The translations under genes and the position numbers were made by a program. Shown piece after piece: positions 1 to 8,210 of a DNA stretch of 26,921 nucleotides. The notes below the pieces were generated by a model that was not told the origin of the DNA, did no database searches, and worked only from the letters and a program-made list of their open reading frames with translations. The stretch is from Phycisphaerales bacterium (GTDB taxonomy: Bacteria > Planctomycetota > Phycisphaerae > Phycisphaerales > SM1A02): the NCBI GenBank assembly GCA_049425445.1, contig JBMSXH010000001.1, positions 1-26,921 on the forward strand, given 5' to 3'. How positions within the stretch are numbered: the first letter of the stretch is position 1; every line of letters starts with the position of its first letter.

Positions 1-265
1 CCCCCCCCCCTCGACTCGACGGGCGGCTCGGCTCCCTCGTGAAGCCGGGCCGCCTTGTTCATGCGCCGCTGGCGCGATGGCGTGCACCCAAGCCGGCATG
101 GATGCCCCGTCAGGTCGGCGGAGGCTCATCGAAGAGAGTGCCGCTGGATTGTTCACCAGCAAGCGGCATCGACGTTCACCATCCGCTGCCGCCAAGACGA
201 CGACGCCCGGCTCCGCGATGGGGCTCGCGAAACGCCGGGCGTCGATGGTCGAGAGGTTGCGCGGA

Positions 266-949
266 TCAGACCTCCGCGAGCCCTTCGCGGATCGCGAATC
301 GAACGAGTTCCGGGCTCGAGTGGATGTCGAGCTTCTCCATGATCCGCTCGCGATGCCCATCGATCGTCTTGGGACTTCTCGAGAGGGTCTTGGCAATCTC
401 CGCTCGAGACATCCCGCGGCCGATCAGGCGAAGCACCTCCTGCTCACGATCGGTCAGGGCCTCGATCTTCGAGCCCATGCTTGCGGCGGTGAAGCGTTCG
501 CGCGACCGAAGACGCAGAGGCCGCGCCCGTTCGGCCACATGCGTGCCGAGCGCAAAGTCGCCTCGAGCGGCCCGGCGGATGCCGTCGATCACCTCGCTGA
601 GGTCGTCGCTCTTGGAGAAGTACCCCCAGACGCCGGCCTTGAACGCGGCGGAGAGGTAGTGGTCTCGCACGTGTGCGGTCAGGATCACCACTCGCGCGTC
701 GGGATGCAGCCGCCGCAGATCGGCGGCCAACTCGAACGGATCCGGTCCCGGCATCTCCAGATCCATCAGCACGATGTCGGGCGCAAGTCGCGCCGTCTCC
801 TCGAGCACCCGCCGCCCGTCGGGCAGGCACCCGACCACCTCGAGATCGGACTCGGCGCCGAGCCTCACCTTCAGTCCCTCCGCCAGAAGTCCGTGATCGT
901 CGACGCAGAGAATCCGCGTGCGTCCGCTGCTTGAATGCCTCGTCACCAT
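266..949 (-). CDS. NarL/FixJ-family response regulator (receiver + LuxR HTH), 227 aa
   Basis: Receiver motifs ILCVDDH, DIVLMDLEMPG, VILTAH, YFSKS; LuxR HTH LTDREQEVLRLIGRGMSRAEIAKTLSRSPKTIDGHRERIMEKL. Start trimmed from the ORF track (1297) to ATG at 949, which overlaps the kinase stop codon at 943-945. Confidence 0.95.
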   Translation of the reverse strand: MVTRHSSSGRTRILCVDDHGLLAEGLKVRLGAESDLEVVGCLPDGRRVLEETARLAPDIVLMDLEMPGPDPFELAADLRRLHPDARVVILTAHVRDHYLSAAFKAGVWGYFSKSDDLSEVIDGIRRAARGDFALGTHVAERARPLRLRSRERFTAASMGSKIEALTDREQEVLRLIGRGMSRAEIAKTLSRSPKTIDGHRERIMEKLDIHSSPELVRFAIREGLAEV

Positions 950-2676
950 GTCGCGCGTCCTTTCGTGAGCGGGCGTGCGAGCGCCTGCTCCGCCACCACC
1001 TCTTGGACGCCATCCCTGAGCGTCCCCGCGTTGAGCGGATCCGCGACGACCGTCGCCCGGACCCCCGTCCATGAGTCCCCGACGCCGATCGCCAGAACCT
1101 GGCGGCGGGGCGAACCTTCGATGAATCGTTGTGCGTGCGGCAACGAGGCTGCATCGCGATCGAGCACCAGAATCTCGGCGTCTTGCGACGCGGACTCGGG
1201 CGCGCCGAGATCGACGCGACCACCGTGCAGCACCCGAAAGAGCTCGACGACCATGCCTGCGAGACGGGCATCTTGCAGCGACACGTGGACCGCGCACGGC
1301 GACTCTTGCAACGCGGCCGCATTCGCGACCGGCAGCAGCAGCGAGATCCGCGTGCCGTGGCCCTCGGTCGAATCGAGTTCGATGCAGCCACCAGCCTGTT
1401 CGACCAGGCTCCGGACCATGGCAAGTCCGAAGCTGGAACCGACCCCTTCGCGATCACGGGGCTGCAGCGAGAATGCACGTCGCCGCTGGATCGGGGTCAG
1501 GCCGGGTCCGTCATCGGCGACACAGAGTCGCACGAAGCGATCGTCCGTGTCGATCGCCACCGTGACGACGACGCTGCCTTCTCCGTCGAGCGCCTTGGAG
1601 GCGTTGTCGGCGAGATTGAACACCATTCGTGTGAGGCAATCTTCGCCCACGTGGATCGGAGGGAGATCGGGGGCGAGGATCGCATGGAGCGCGACGCCCG
1701 AGCCGAGCTGACCTTGAACGAGCCGCCGGTGATCGCGCCACCACGTGGACAGGCACGCCGTGAACTCGCTTCGCGAGCCCGTTCCATTTCCGCGACACAG
1801 CGAACGCAGGTTGGCCGCGAGCCGATCGAGATACGAGATCGCGGCATCGATCGCCTCGACGTGCTCACGGGCCTTGTCGGGAAGGTCCATCTGCCGCAGC
1901 AGATCGGAACGGCATCGGAGCGGAAAGAGCGAGTTCGTGAGGTCGTGCACGACGCCTGCGGCGAAGGTGCCGACGGTCGACCACCGTTCCGCCTCGCGGA
2001 CCTCCTCCACCAGCCGCTCGACCCTCGCGCGGCTCTCGTCGAGACGGCGTTCGAGTTCGTGATCGCGCTGCCGCAACTCGTCCTCGATCCGCTGATGACG
2101 GAGCAGATCCCCCAGAGGCATCACGACGTTCTCGATGACCCGTTGCTCGCGAGGATCGGGCATCTCGCCGCTTCGAAGGAAGAACGAGATCACGCCCTGC
2201 ACTTCGTTCTGCGAGACCATCGGCAGGACCGCGGCGCCGACGAACCCAGCCTCGATGCCCCGAGTGCGCCGAAGGAACGTCCCCGGATCGAGCGAGGAGA
2301 GATCCTCGATCCACACCGCCTTGCCCGATTGGACGGCGAGGCCCGGAAGTCCCTCCGTCGCCACGAGACGGGTACCCGCGAAGATCGAGGCGAAGTCGTG
2401 GAGCGACTCGCCGATCAGGTTTCGCGAGACGCAGGCGGTCGCCATCCCATCCTCGATCAGCCACGACTCGGAGTAGGCCCAACCGGTGGCTCGTTCGATC
2501 GTCGCAAGCACCGCGTCCATCGCGTCTTCCGTCGTCTCCGCCTCGCCCATCTCGAGCGCGAGCGTTCGGATCACGGAGAGGTTGCGAAGGCGTTGTCCGC
2601 CGTTGCCGGACGCGGACCCATCCTCCACCCGCCGCGAAGGCGCGGCGTTGGTCTGGGATTCCAAGGGGGGCGGCAT
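943..2676 (-). CDS. Cytoplasmic sensor histidine kinase: GAF + HisKA + HATPase_c + degenerate C-terminal receiver-like domain, about 577 aa
   Basis: GAF-like segment (EGLPGLAVQSGKAVWIEDL, FVGAAVLPM); H-box FAAGVVHDLTN; N-box FNLADNASKA; G1 VADDGPGL; G2 region SSFGLAMVRSLVEQAGG. Start chosen at ATG 2676, with GGGAG upstream; exact start uncertain. Confidence 0.9.
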   Translation of the reverse strand: MPPPLESQTNAAPSRRVEDGSASGNGGQRLRNLSVIRTLALEMGEAETTEDAMDAVLATIERATGWAYSESWLIEDGMATACVSRNLIGESLHDFASIFAGTRLVATEGLPGLAVQSGKAVWIEDLSSLDPGTFLRRTRGIEAGFVGAAVLPMVSQNEVQGVISFFLRSGEMPDPREQRVIENVVMPLGDLLRHQRIEDELRQRDHELERRLDESRARVERLVEEVREAERWSTVGTFAAGVVHDLTNSLFPLRCRSDLLRQMDLPDKAREHVEAIDAAISYLDRLAANLRSLCRGNGTGSRSEFTACLSTWWRDHRRLVQGQLGSGVALHAILAPDLPPIHVGEDCLTRMVFNLADNASKALDGEGSVVVTVAIDTDDRFVRLCVADDGPGLTPIQRRRAFSLQPRDREGVGSSFGLAMVRSLVEQAGGCIELDSTEGHGTRISLLLPVANAAALQESPCAVHVSLQDARLAGMVVELFRVLHGGRVDLGAPESASQDAEILVLDRDAASLPHAQRFIEGSPRRQVLAIGVGDSWTGVRATVVADPLNAGTLRDGVQEVVAEQALARPLTKGRATW

Positions 2677-2980
2677 GGCGACGTTCACTCCCGCTTCCGG
2701 ATTCGCTCCGGAGGCGTTCGACTCGGAAGTGGCCGAACGGGAGATCGTTCCGAGAAGAGCGACGGTTGGCGACAGGGAAAACGCCGCAAGTCTCCCAGAA
2801 GCGTGATCGCGCGCTCGCTCGGACGGCCGATGCGGCTTTGGGGGCGGCCTCCCTGTTCGCAACTTCGGTCGTGGTTCGCAGACTTCAGAGGTCCGGCGCA
2901 GCGCACTCGCCTTCGAAGTCGGTCGATCGCGATTCGCGCGGCGTGCGGAATGCACACACACCCTCAGGAGGACACTCGAC

Positions 2981-3490
2981 ATGCGATTCCCGGAACTGCA
3001 CGTGGTGGATGCGTTCGATCGGCTGCGCGACGAGATGGAGCGGGTGGTCAACCGGCTCGGCGTGGGCAACGGGGATGGGCTCGAGCGATCCGCGTGGGTC
3101 CCGACCGCCGATCTGTCCGAGCGCGACTCGGAATTCGAGATCCGATGCGAGATTCCCGGCGTGGATCCGTCGAACATCGAGGTGGCGGTGTCCGGACGAA
3201 CCGTGACGATCTCCGGTCACAAGGAGGAGGTGCGGGAGGACAAGGACGAGGTCTGCCGCACCTGCGAGTGCCGCTACGGATCGTTCCGTCGCAGTTTCAC
3301 CTTGCCGACCGAGATCGACGCCGACTCGGTGCGGGCCGAGGGAACGGATGGCATCCTCACCGTCACCGTGCCGAAGGGCGTCGAAGAGGGTCGGCGCCGC
3401 GTTCCGGTCCATCAGGGGCGCAGCGTCGCCGCGTCGCGGGGGTCGAAGTCTTCGGGAAGGTCGCACGCCCTCGCTGGAAGCACCAAGTGA
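2981..3490 (+). CDS. Small heat-shock protein, Hsp20/alpha-crystallin family, 169 aa
   Basis: WVPTADLSE..FEIRCEIPGVDPSNIEVAVSGRTVTISGHK, YGSFRRSFTLP, DGILTVTVPK; strong SD (AGGAGG) before ATG 2981. Confidence 0.95.
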   Translation: MRFPELHVVDAFDRLRDEMERVVNRLGVGNGDGLERSAWVPTADLSERDSEFEIRCEIPGVDPSNIEVAVSGRTVTISGHKEEVREDKDEVCRTCECRYGSFRRSFTLPTEIDADSVRAEGTDGILTVTVPKGVEEGRRRVPVHQGRSVAASRGSKSSGRSHALAGSTK

Positions 3491-3528
3491 CTTGTCCCGC
3501 GTCCAACCTCGACGAAAGGAGTCTGGTC

Positions 3529-4056
3529 ATGCCCATGGACACCCTGAAGAACCTCTTCGTCGGGCAACTCGAGGAGTTGCTCGCCTCGGAACGCCATGCC
3601 CGCGAGGTGATGGCGAAGATCTCGAAGTCGGCCTCGGCGCCGGGGCTTGCGACGGCGCTGCAGGAGCAGGCCGCCGCCGCTCGGCAGCATTCGACGCGGC
3701 TTGAGGCGATTCTCGAGCGATACGCGCCGACGCGCAAGTCCGCGAAGGCGGTGGCGGTGCCGAACGAGTCGAGCGGCTGCCTGGGCCTGATGCGCGATCT
3801 CACCAACGCGGCGGAGGATCGTGAAGGCGACCCGCACGTTCGCGACGTCGCCATGCTCTCGCTCGCACAGCACTTTCTCCATCGCGAGATCGCCGGCTAC
3901 GGATGCGCCCGGGCCTGGGCCCGCGTGCTTGGCGACGACCGTGCGGTATCCGAACTCGGTCGATCGCTCGACGACGAGAAGAAGGCCGACTCGGCGCTCT
4001 CGAAGCTCGCCGAGCGGGTGAATCGGCTCGCGGTCACGACGGTGGTCACGGCATGA
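3529..4056 (+). CDS. DUF892 / YciE-YciF ferritin-like protein (degenerate), 175 aa
   Basis: TLKNLFVGQLEEL, RD.AM...AQ..H.EIAGYG, SLDDEKKAD..LS.LA resemble YciF. SD AAGGAG 7 nt before ATG 3529. Only the last 175 codons of the 1129..4056 ORF are this gene. Confidence 0.88.
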   Translation: MPMDTLKNLFVGQLEELLASERHAREVMAKISKSASAPGLATALQEQAAAARQHSTRLEAILERYAPTRKSAKAVAVPNESSGCLGLMRDLTNAAEDREGDPHVRDVAMLSLAQHFLHREIAGYGCARAWARVLGDDRAVSELGRSLDDEKKADSALSKLAERVNRLAVTTVVTA

Positions 4057-4712
4057 ACGCCGACGGCTCCTCGCCGGCTTCGACGGCCGAGCGCACCGAA
4101 GCCGGAGAGGCGGTCGAGATCCGGTCTGGATCGATGTTGCTTGCGGCCCGATGGCGGCGCCCCCCGAACGCGAGGGGCGTCGTCGTCGTGGCCCATTGCC
4201 CGTCATGCGGCGACGAGGCCCCGCTCGTCGAGTCGATGGCCTCGCACGGCTACGCGAGCCTGCTTCCCGACCTGCTCCTCCCCGCCGAGTCGAACGATCC
4301 ATCCCGCTGCCACGACGAGGAGTTCATCTCGCAGCGGCTTCGCATGGCGGCGCACACCGCCATGTCGAGAAGCGATGCATCCGGGCTTCCGCTCGCGGTG
4401 CTTGGTCGAGGCTGTGCGGGCGATGCGGCGCTGGTCGCGGCGGGCATCGAGTCGGCGATCGTGGCGGTCGTCGCGATCGACCCGCCGCTCCTTCTGCACG
4501 AGGCGTTTCTCGAGCGCGTGTCGGTCCCGGCGCTCGTGGTCGCCGGGCCGGGCGATCTCGGCACGCCTCGCGGGCGTTCGGCGATCGAGGCGCTCCGCCG
4601 GCGCGGAAGGGTCGAGGTGATCGAGATGCCGCCCGGGGCTGCACGCGGAGCGCAACTGCCCGAACGAATCGCGAGGTGGCTCGACGACGCGATGGTTCGC
4701 GACTCGGGGTGA
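4053..4712 (+). CDS. Alpha/beta-hydrolase fold protein of the dienelactone-hydrolase-like group, catalytic motifs degenerate, 219 aa
   Basis: P..ARGVVVVAH, GYASLL.DLL...E, LP....G......AAL.AA, L.RV..PAL...G..D follow this family's pattern. ATGA overlap with the upstream stop suggests translational coupling. Confidence 0.8.
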   Translation: MNADGSSPASTAERTEAGEAVEIRSGSMLLAARWRRPPNARGVVVVAHCPSCGDEAPLVESMASHGYASLLPDLLLPAESNDPSRCHDEEFISQRLRMAAHTAMSRSDASGLPLAVLGRGCAGDAALVAAGIESAIVAVVAIDPPLLLHEAFLERVSVPALVVAGPGDLGTPRGRSAIEALRRRGRVEVIEMPPGAARGAQLPERIARWLDDAMVRDSG

Positions 4713-4746
4713 GGCCTGCCTCAGCCCGTTTCGACGGGGCCTCGTG

Positions 4747-5568
4747 TCAGCGTGCCGCCGGCGTCTCGGGCGTGGTCGACGCAGGCTCGATGGACTTCTC
4801 GAGGCCCGCGGCCCAGAGGATGCCGCCGCGGAGATGCTGCTCGAAGAGCGGCTCGATGAAGCTCTCCTTCGTGTGGCCGCCGCCGGTGTACCACCCGCGC
4901 CCCTTGCCGACGGCGGGCGTCGTCTTGGCGGTGGTGGTCCACGCGATCGGATGGTCGCCTCCCATGCCGCCGCCCTGATAGGTCGTCTCGTCGAGCGTCA
5001 TCAGAACGTGCACGCGGCCGCGCGGGTTGTCGCGATAGGTGTACCACTCGTCGGTGCGGCTCCAACGCTCGGGCAACATGCGGGTCGAGGGATGGGTGCG
5101 GTCCTCGACGTCGATCTCCGCGGGCTGGATCGCGGGGTGTCCCTTGAAGTAGGCGCCCACCAGCGCGCCGTAGAAGGGCCACTCGTAGGCGGTGTCCGCC
5201 GCAGCGTGCACGCCCGCGAAGCCGCCGCCGCCTTGGATGTAGCGTTCGAAGGATTCCTGCTGCGGCTTCTCGAGCACTTCGCCGGTCGTCGAGAGGAAGA
5301 CGACCGCCGCGTAGCGGGCGAGGTTCTCGTCGGAGAAGGCGAGCGGGTCCTCCGTGGCATCGACCTCGTAGCGCCCTTCGCCGATCCGCTTGACCGCGGC
5401 GACGCCGTCGGGAATCGAGTCGTGGCGGAAGCCCATCGTGCGGGTGAAGACGAGAACTCGCGGCAGCGAGGCCTCCGTCGCGGGCGGATCCGCCGGCGCG
5501 GCGGCGAGGGTCGCTGCGATCGAGGCGAGCAGGATCGGAAGGGCGAGGCCGAGGGATTCGTGCTGCAT
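4747..5568 (-). CDS. Exported ThuA-like domain protein, 273 aa
   Basis: N-terminal hydrophobic signal peptide; RVLVFTRTMGFRHDSIPDG, YAAVVFLSTTG, GGGFAGVHAAADT, TDEWY, GDHPIAW, GRGWYTGGGH are typical of ThuA-domain proteins. Confidence 0.9.
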   Translation of the reverse strand: MQHESLGLALPILLASIAATLAAAPADPPATEASLPRVLVFTRTMGFRHDSIPDGVAAVKRIGEGRYEVDATEDPLAFSDENLARYAAVVFLSTTGEVLEKPQQESFERYIQGGGGFAGVHAAADTAYEWPFYGALVGAYFKGHPAIQPAEIDVEDRTHPSTRMLPERWSRTDEWYTYRDNPRGRVHVLMTLDETTYQGGGMGGDHPIAWTTTAKTTPAVGKGRGWYTGGGHTKESFIEPLFEQHLRGGILWAAGLEKSIEPASTTPETPAAR

Positions 5569-5574
5569 GTCCGC

Positions 5575-5580
5575 ATGCTA
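5575..5580 (-). promoter_or_regulatory. -10 element (TAGCAT) of a probable leaderless ThuA transcript
   Basis: TAnnnT exactly 6 nt before ATG 5568; no SD. Confidence 0.55.
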
Positions 5581-5611
5581 CGGACCGCGCGGCCGTTCGG
5601 CTCGCTGCCCG

Positions 5612-6055
5612 TCAGGGAGCCTCGGGCGCGATCAGCACCTCGACGCGATTCCGCTCGTCGACCCGTTCGTGGCGAAGCGTCGCCATCGAGCGGATCAGGT
5701 GCAGGCCGAGGCCGCCGACCTCCCGCGCCTCGAGCGGCGCGCCGACGTCGGGCGGCTTGAGGACGGTGGGATCGAACGGCGGGCCGTCGTCCTCGATCAC
5801 GAGCCTCAACGAGCCGCGATCGTCGATCACGTCGATCGAGCACTCGATCGAACCCTCGCGGTCCGCGGTCCGCCCATGCGTCATCGCATTGAGGCCGAGT
5901 TCCTCCGCCGCGAGCTCGAGGATCATCGCGCGGCGCCCCTCGAGGCCGCGCGCGGCGATCCGCTCGCGCACCCAGGCGAGCAGCCGCGGCAGTTCGGCGC
6001 GATCGCTTCGAATCGAGATTCGATCGGGCATGTCGGGCATCCGGTCGAGTCCCAT
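5612..6055 (-). CDS. RsbW/SpoIIAB-like anti-sigma factor Ser/Thr kinase (HATPase_c_2), about 147 aa
   Basis: ELAAEELGLNAMTHG (N-box), IEDDGPPFDP (G1), EVGGLGLHLIRSM (G2). Alternative starts at 6040 and 6031. Confidence 0.9.
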   Translation of the reverse strand: MGLDRMPDMPDRISIRSDRAELPRLLAWVRERIAARGLEGRRAMILELAAEELGLNAMTHGRTADREGSIECSIDVIDDRGSLRLVIEDDGPPFDPTVLKPPDVGAPLEAREVGGLGLHLIRSMATLRHERVDERNRVEVLIAPEAP

Positions 6056-6093
6056 GCCGCCTCTCGGTCGGGTTCGGAGGGCGTCGAGACGCC

Positions 6094-6435
6094 TCAGGCC
6101 TGCAGCGCAGCGATCGCGGCGCCGACATCGGGATGGATCGCGAAGAGCGACGAGAAGCCCGAGAGCGCAAGGATCTCCTGCACCGTCGCCGAGGGAGCCG
6201 CGAGGGCGAAGCCGCGATTGGCGGAGCGCTGCCGCTTCCCAAGCACCAGGATCGACCGCAGCCCGGCGCTCGAGACGTACGCGAGCGTGCTGCAGTCGAG
6301 CACGACCGCGATCGGATCGGCGGCGTCCGCAGCCTCGCCGAATCGCCGGTCCGCCTCGCCGCAGGTCTCGCCATCGAGCCGGCCCTCGAGCCGAAGGGTC
6401 AGCACGTTGCCGTCACGCTCCTCGAAGATCACCAT
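6094..6435 (-). CDS. STAS-domain anti-sigma factor antagonist (RsbV/SpoIIAA-like), 113 aa
   Basis: LRLEGRLD, VVLDCSTLAYVSSAGLRSIL (phospho-acceptor Ser motif), VQEILALSGF. SD AGGAG 6 nt before ATG 6435. Confidence 0.93.
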   Translation of the reverse strand: MVIFEERDGNVLTLRLEGRLDGETCGEADRRFGEAADAADPIAVVLDCSTLAYVSSAGLRSILVLGKRQRSANRGFALAAPSATVQEILALSGFSSLFAIHPDVGAAIAALQA

Positions 6436-6458
6436 CGACTGCTCCTGTGGCCGCGGAC

Positions 6459-8210
6459 TCATGCCGGGACCGGCCGGATCGAACGCCCGAGCTGCCCGAT
6501 CGTCCAGACGATGCGTTCGAACAGCGTAGTGAGATAGAGCAGGCTCGACCGGGCCTCGATGGGCATGCCTTCGCCGCCGGCGAGGTGGATCGTGCGGATC
6601 CGCTCCATGAGGTCGCCGCGATCGGCGGTCATGCCCTGAAGCAGCTGGATCTCGAGCTCATCGGGCTCGGCGAAGACCGCGACGGCGGTCTGCACGATCG
6701 TGTCGAGGCTCTCGACGAGGTTGTGCCGAAGGGCCGCGGCGGCCTCGCCTCCGGAGGCGTCGATCGAGGCGGCGGCCTCGCCGAAGGAGAAGAGGATCTC
6801 CTGCAGGCTCGACGCGAGCTCCTGGACGCGCTGGACGCGCAGCAGCCGTTCGGCGGCGGCGGAATCGAGCTTCGATCCGGCGAGCTCCGCCTCGAGCCCT
6901 CGGATCTCCGCGGCGATGCGCCGGCTCGCTTCGAGAAGGCGGCTCGGCGAGACGCCGGCGGCCTCGCCGCGCGAGGCGCCGTCGGTCCGGATGCGGTCGA
7001 GGTAGTGCGGCAGGAATCCGATGAGGCGGGCCTGCTCGCGCTCGATCAGGACCAGCGCCGTGTCGACGTCGTCGGTCGAGGCGGCGCTGATGAACGCGAC
7101 CTGCTCGAGCTGCTCCTCGCGGGTGATCGGCGCGAGGCGCGACAGGATCCGATCCGACATCGGGAGCAGCGCGGTGCCGAGCAGGGCGACGAGCGTCTGC
7201 TGCCCGAGGAAGGCGACCGCGAGCCGCGACTGCAGCGACCCGTCGCCGTCCACGAACGATCGCATGAGCGGCACGCCGAGCATGGGCTCGAGCCAGTAGG
7301 TTCCGAGGAGCACGAGGCCGATCGCGGCATTGACGAGTCCCTGATAGAGGGCGATCTGCCGCGCGGTGCCCTTGGCCTTGCCCGAGAGCAGGAAGACGGT
7401 GCCGCCGACGCCGACCGCGGTGCCGTTCATGAGCAGCAGCACCTGCTGTTCGTCGAGCAGGCCCGCGCCGGCGAAGGCGATGCCGATCACCACGATCGCC
7501 GAGGAGCTCTGGACGACGAGCCGCAGCACCGCGCCGAACAGGAAGACGCCGAAGGTCGAGTCGTGGACGATCGCGGTGAGCGACTCGAACCACTCGAACT
7601 CCGGGAACGGCTTCGTCGCGTCGCTCATGAGCTTCAGGCCGAGCAGCAGCATCCCGACGCTCAGCAGGACCCGGGCCGAGACGTGCGCCTGCCTGACGAG
7701 GTCGAAGACGATCAGCAGCCCGGAGATCCCGATCAGGTAGAGCACCGCGGCGCGGATGTCGATCGCCGCCACGAAGACGAGCAGGACCGTGCCGGCGTTC
7801 GCCCAGCTCACGACGAGCAGCGCCCGCCGCATGGCGAGCAGGCCGCTCGAGATCATGCCGACCATGATGAAGGAGACCGCGGTGGCGCTCTGGGTGATCG
7901 CTCCGAAGATCACGCCCCACATCGCCGCGAGCGGCGCGTTGGCGGTGAGGCGCCCCATCACCGCACGGAATCGACGGCTCGTGAGCTGACGAAGATTCGA
8001 CTTGATCCCGTCGACGCCGAGGAAGAAGAACGCCAGGCCGCCGAGGAAGACGCCCGCGAGGGCGAGCAGCGGATCGTGCGGCGGATCCTTCGGAGCCTGC
8101 GCCGACCCGTCGACCACGACCGCGGCGCTCGTCGACTCGGCGACGGACTCCTCGGCGGCGGCTCCTTCGAGATCGAGGCTCGGCGGTGACGGCGGTGGCG
8201 AAACGGACAT
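6459..8210 (-). CDS. Na+/Pi cotransporter family (SLC34/NptA-like) with C-terminal PhoU-like helical domain, 583 aa
   Basis: Two repeats GAITQSATA and LVVQSSSA; GGLAFFFLGV..I...L; ANAGT; multiple TM segments; soluble helical C-terminus. Confidence 0.9.
   Translation of the reverse strand: MSVSPPPSPPSLDLEGAAAEESVAESTSAAVVVDGSAQAPKDPPHDPLLALAGVFLGGLAFFFLGVDGIKSNLRQLTSRRFRAVMGRLTANAPLAAMWGVIFGAITQSATAVSFIMVGMISSGLLAMRRALLVVSWANAGTVLLVFVAAIDIRAAVLYLIGISGLLIVFDLVRQAHVSARVLLSVGMLLLGLKLMSDATKPFPEFEWFESLTAIVHDSTFGVFLFGAVLRLVVQSSSAIVVIGIAFAGAGLLDEQQVLLLMNGTAVGVGGTVFLLSGKAKGTARQIALYQGLVNAAIGLVLLGTYWLEPMLGVPLMRSFVDGDGSLQSRLAVAFLGQQTLVALLGTALLPMSDRILSRLAPITREEQLEQVAFISAASTDDVDTALVLIEREQARLIGFLPHYLDRIRTDGASRGEAAGVSPSRLLEASRRIAAEIRGLEAELAGSKLDSAAAERLLRVQRVQELASSLQEILFSFGEAAASIDASGGEAAAALRHNLVESLDTIVQTAVAVFAEPDELEIQLLQGMTADRGDLMERIRTIHLAGGEGMPIEARSSLLYLTTLFERIVWTIGQLGRSIRPVPA

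Noticed and set aside
1-10. Poly-C run at the very start
   Set aside because: Looks like a sequencing or assembly end artefact (poly-G on the opposite strand); no context supports a biological repeat.
11-265. Short ORFs (55..342 plus; possible minus-strand start MNKAARLHEG at 62) and a sigma54-like GGCAC
   Set aside because: No recognisable motifs or SD; the plus ORF overlaps the regulator's 3' end; the -12 TTGC element is absent.
1129-3528. 975-aa ORF 1129..4056 as one large protein
   Set aside because: The first 800 codons are antisense shadow of the kinase plus off-frame hsp20; only 3529..4056 has family motifs and its own SD.
4711-4743. Small hairpin (CCCGT-TTCG-ACGGG) between convergent genes as a bidirectional terminator
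   Set aside because: Only a 5-bp core stem and no U-tract; too weak to call in GC-rich DNA.
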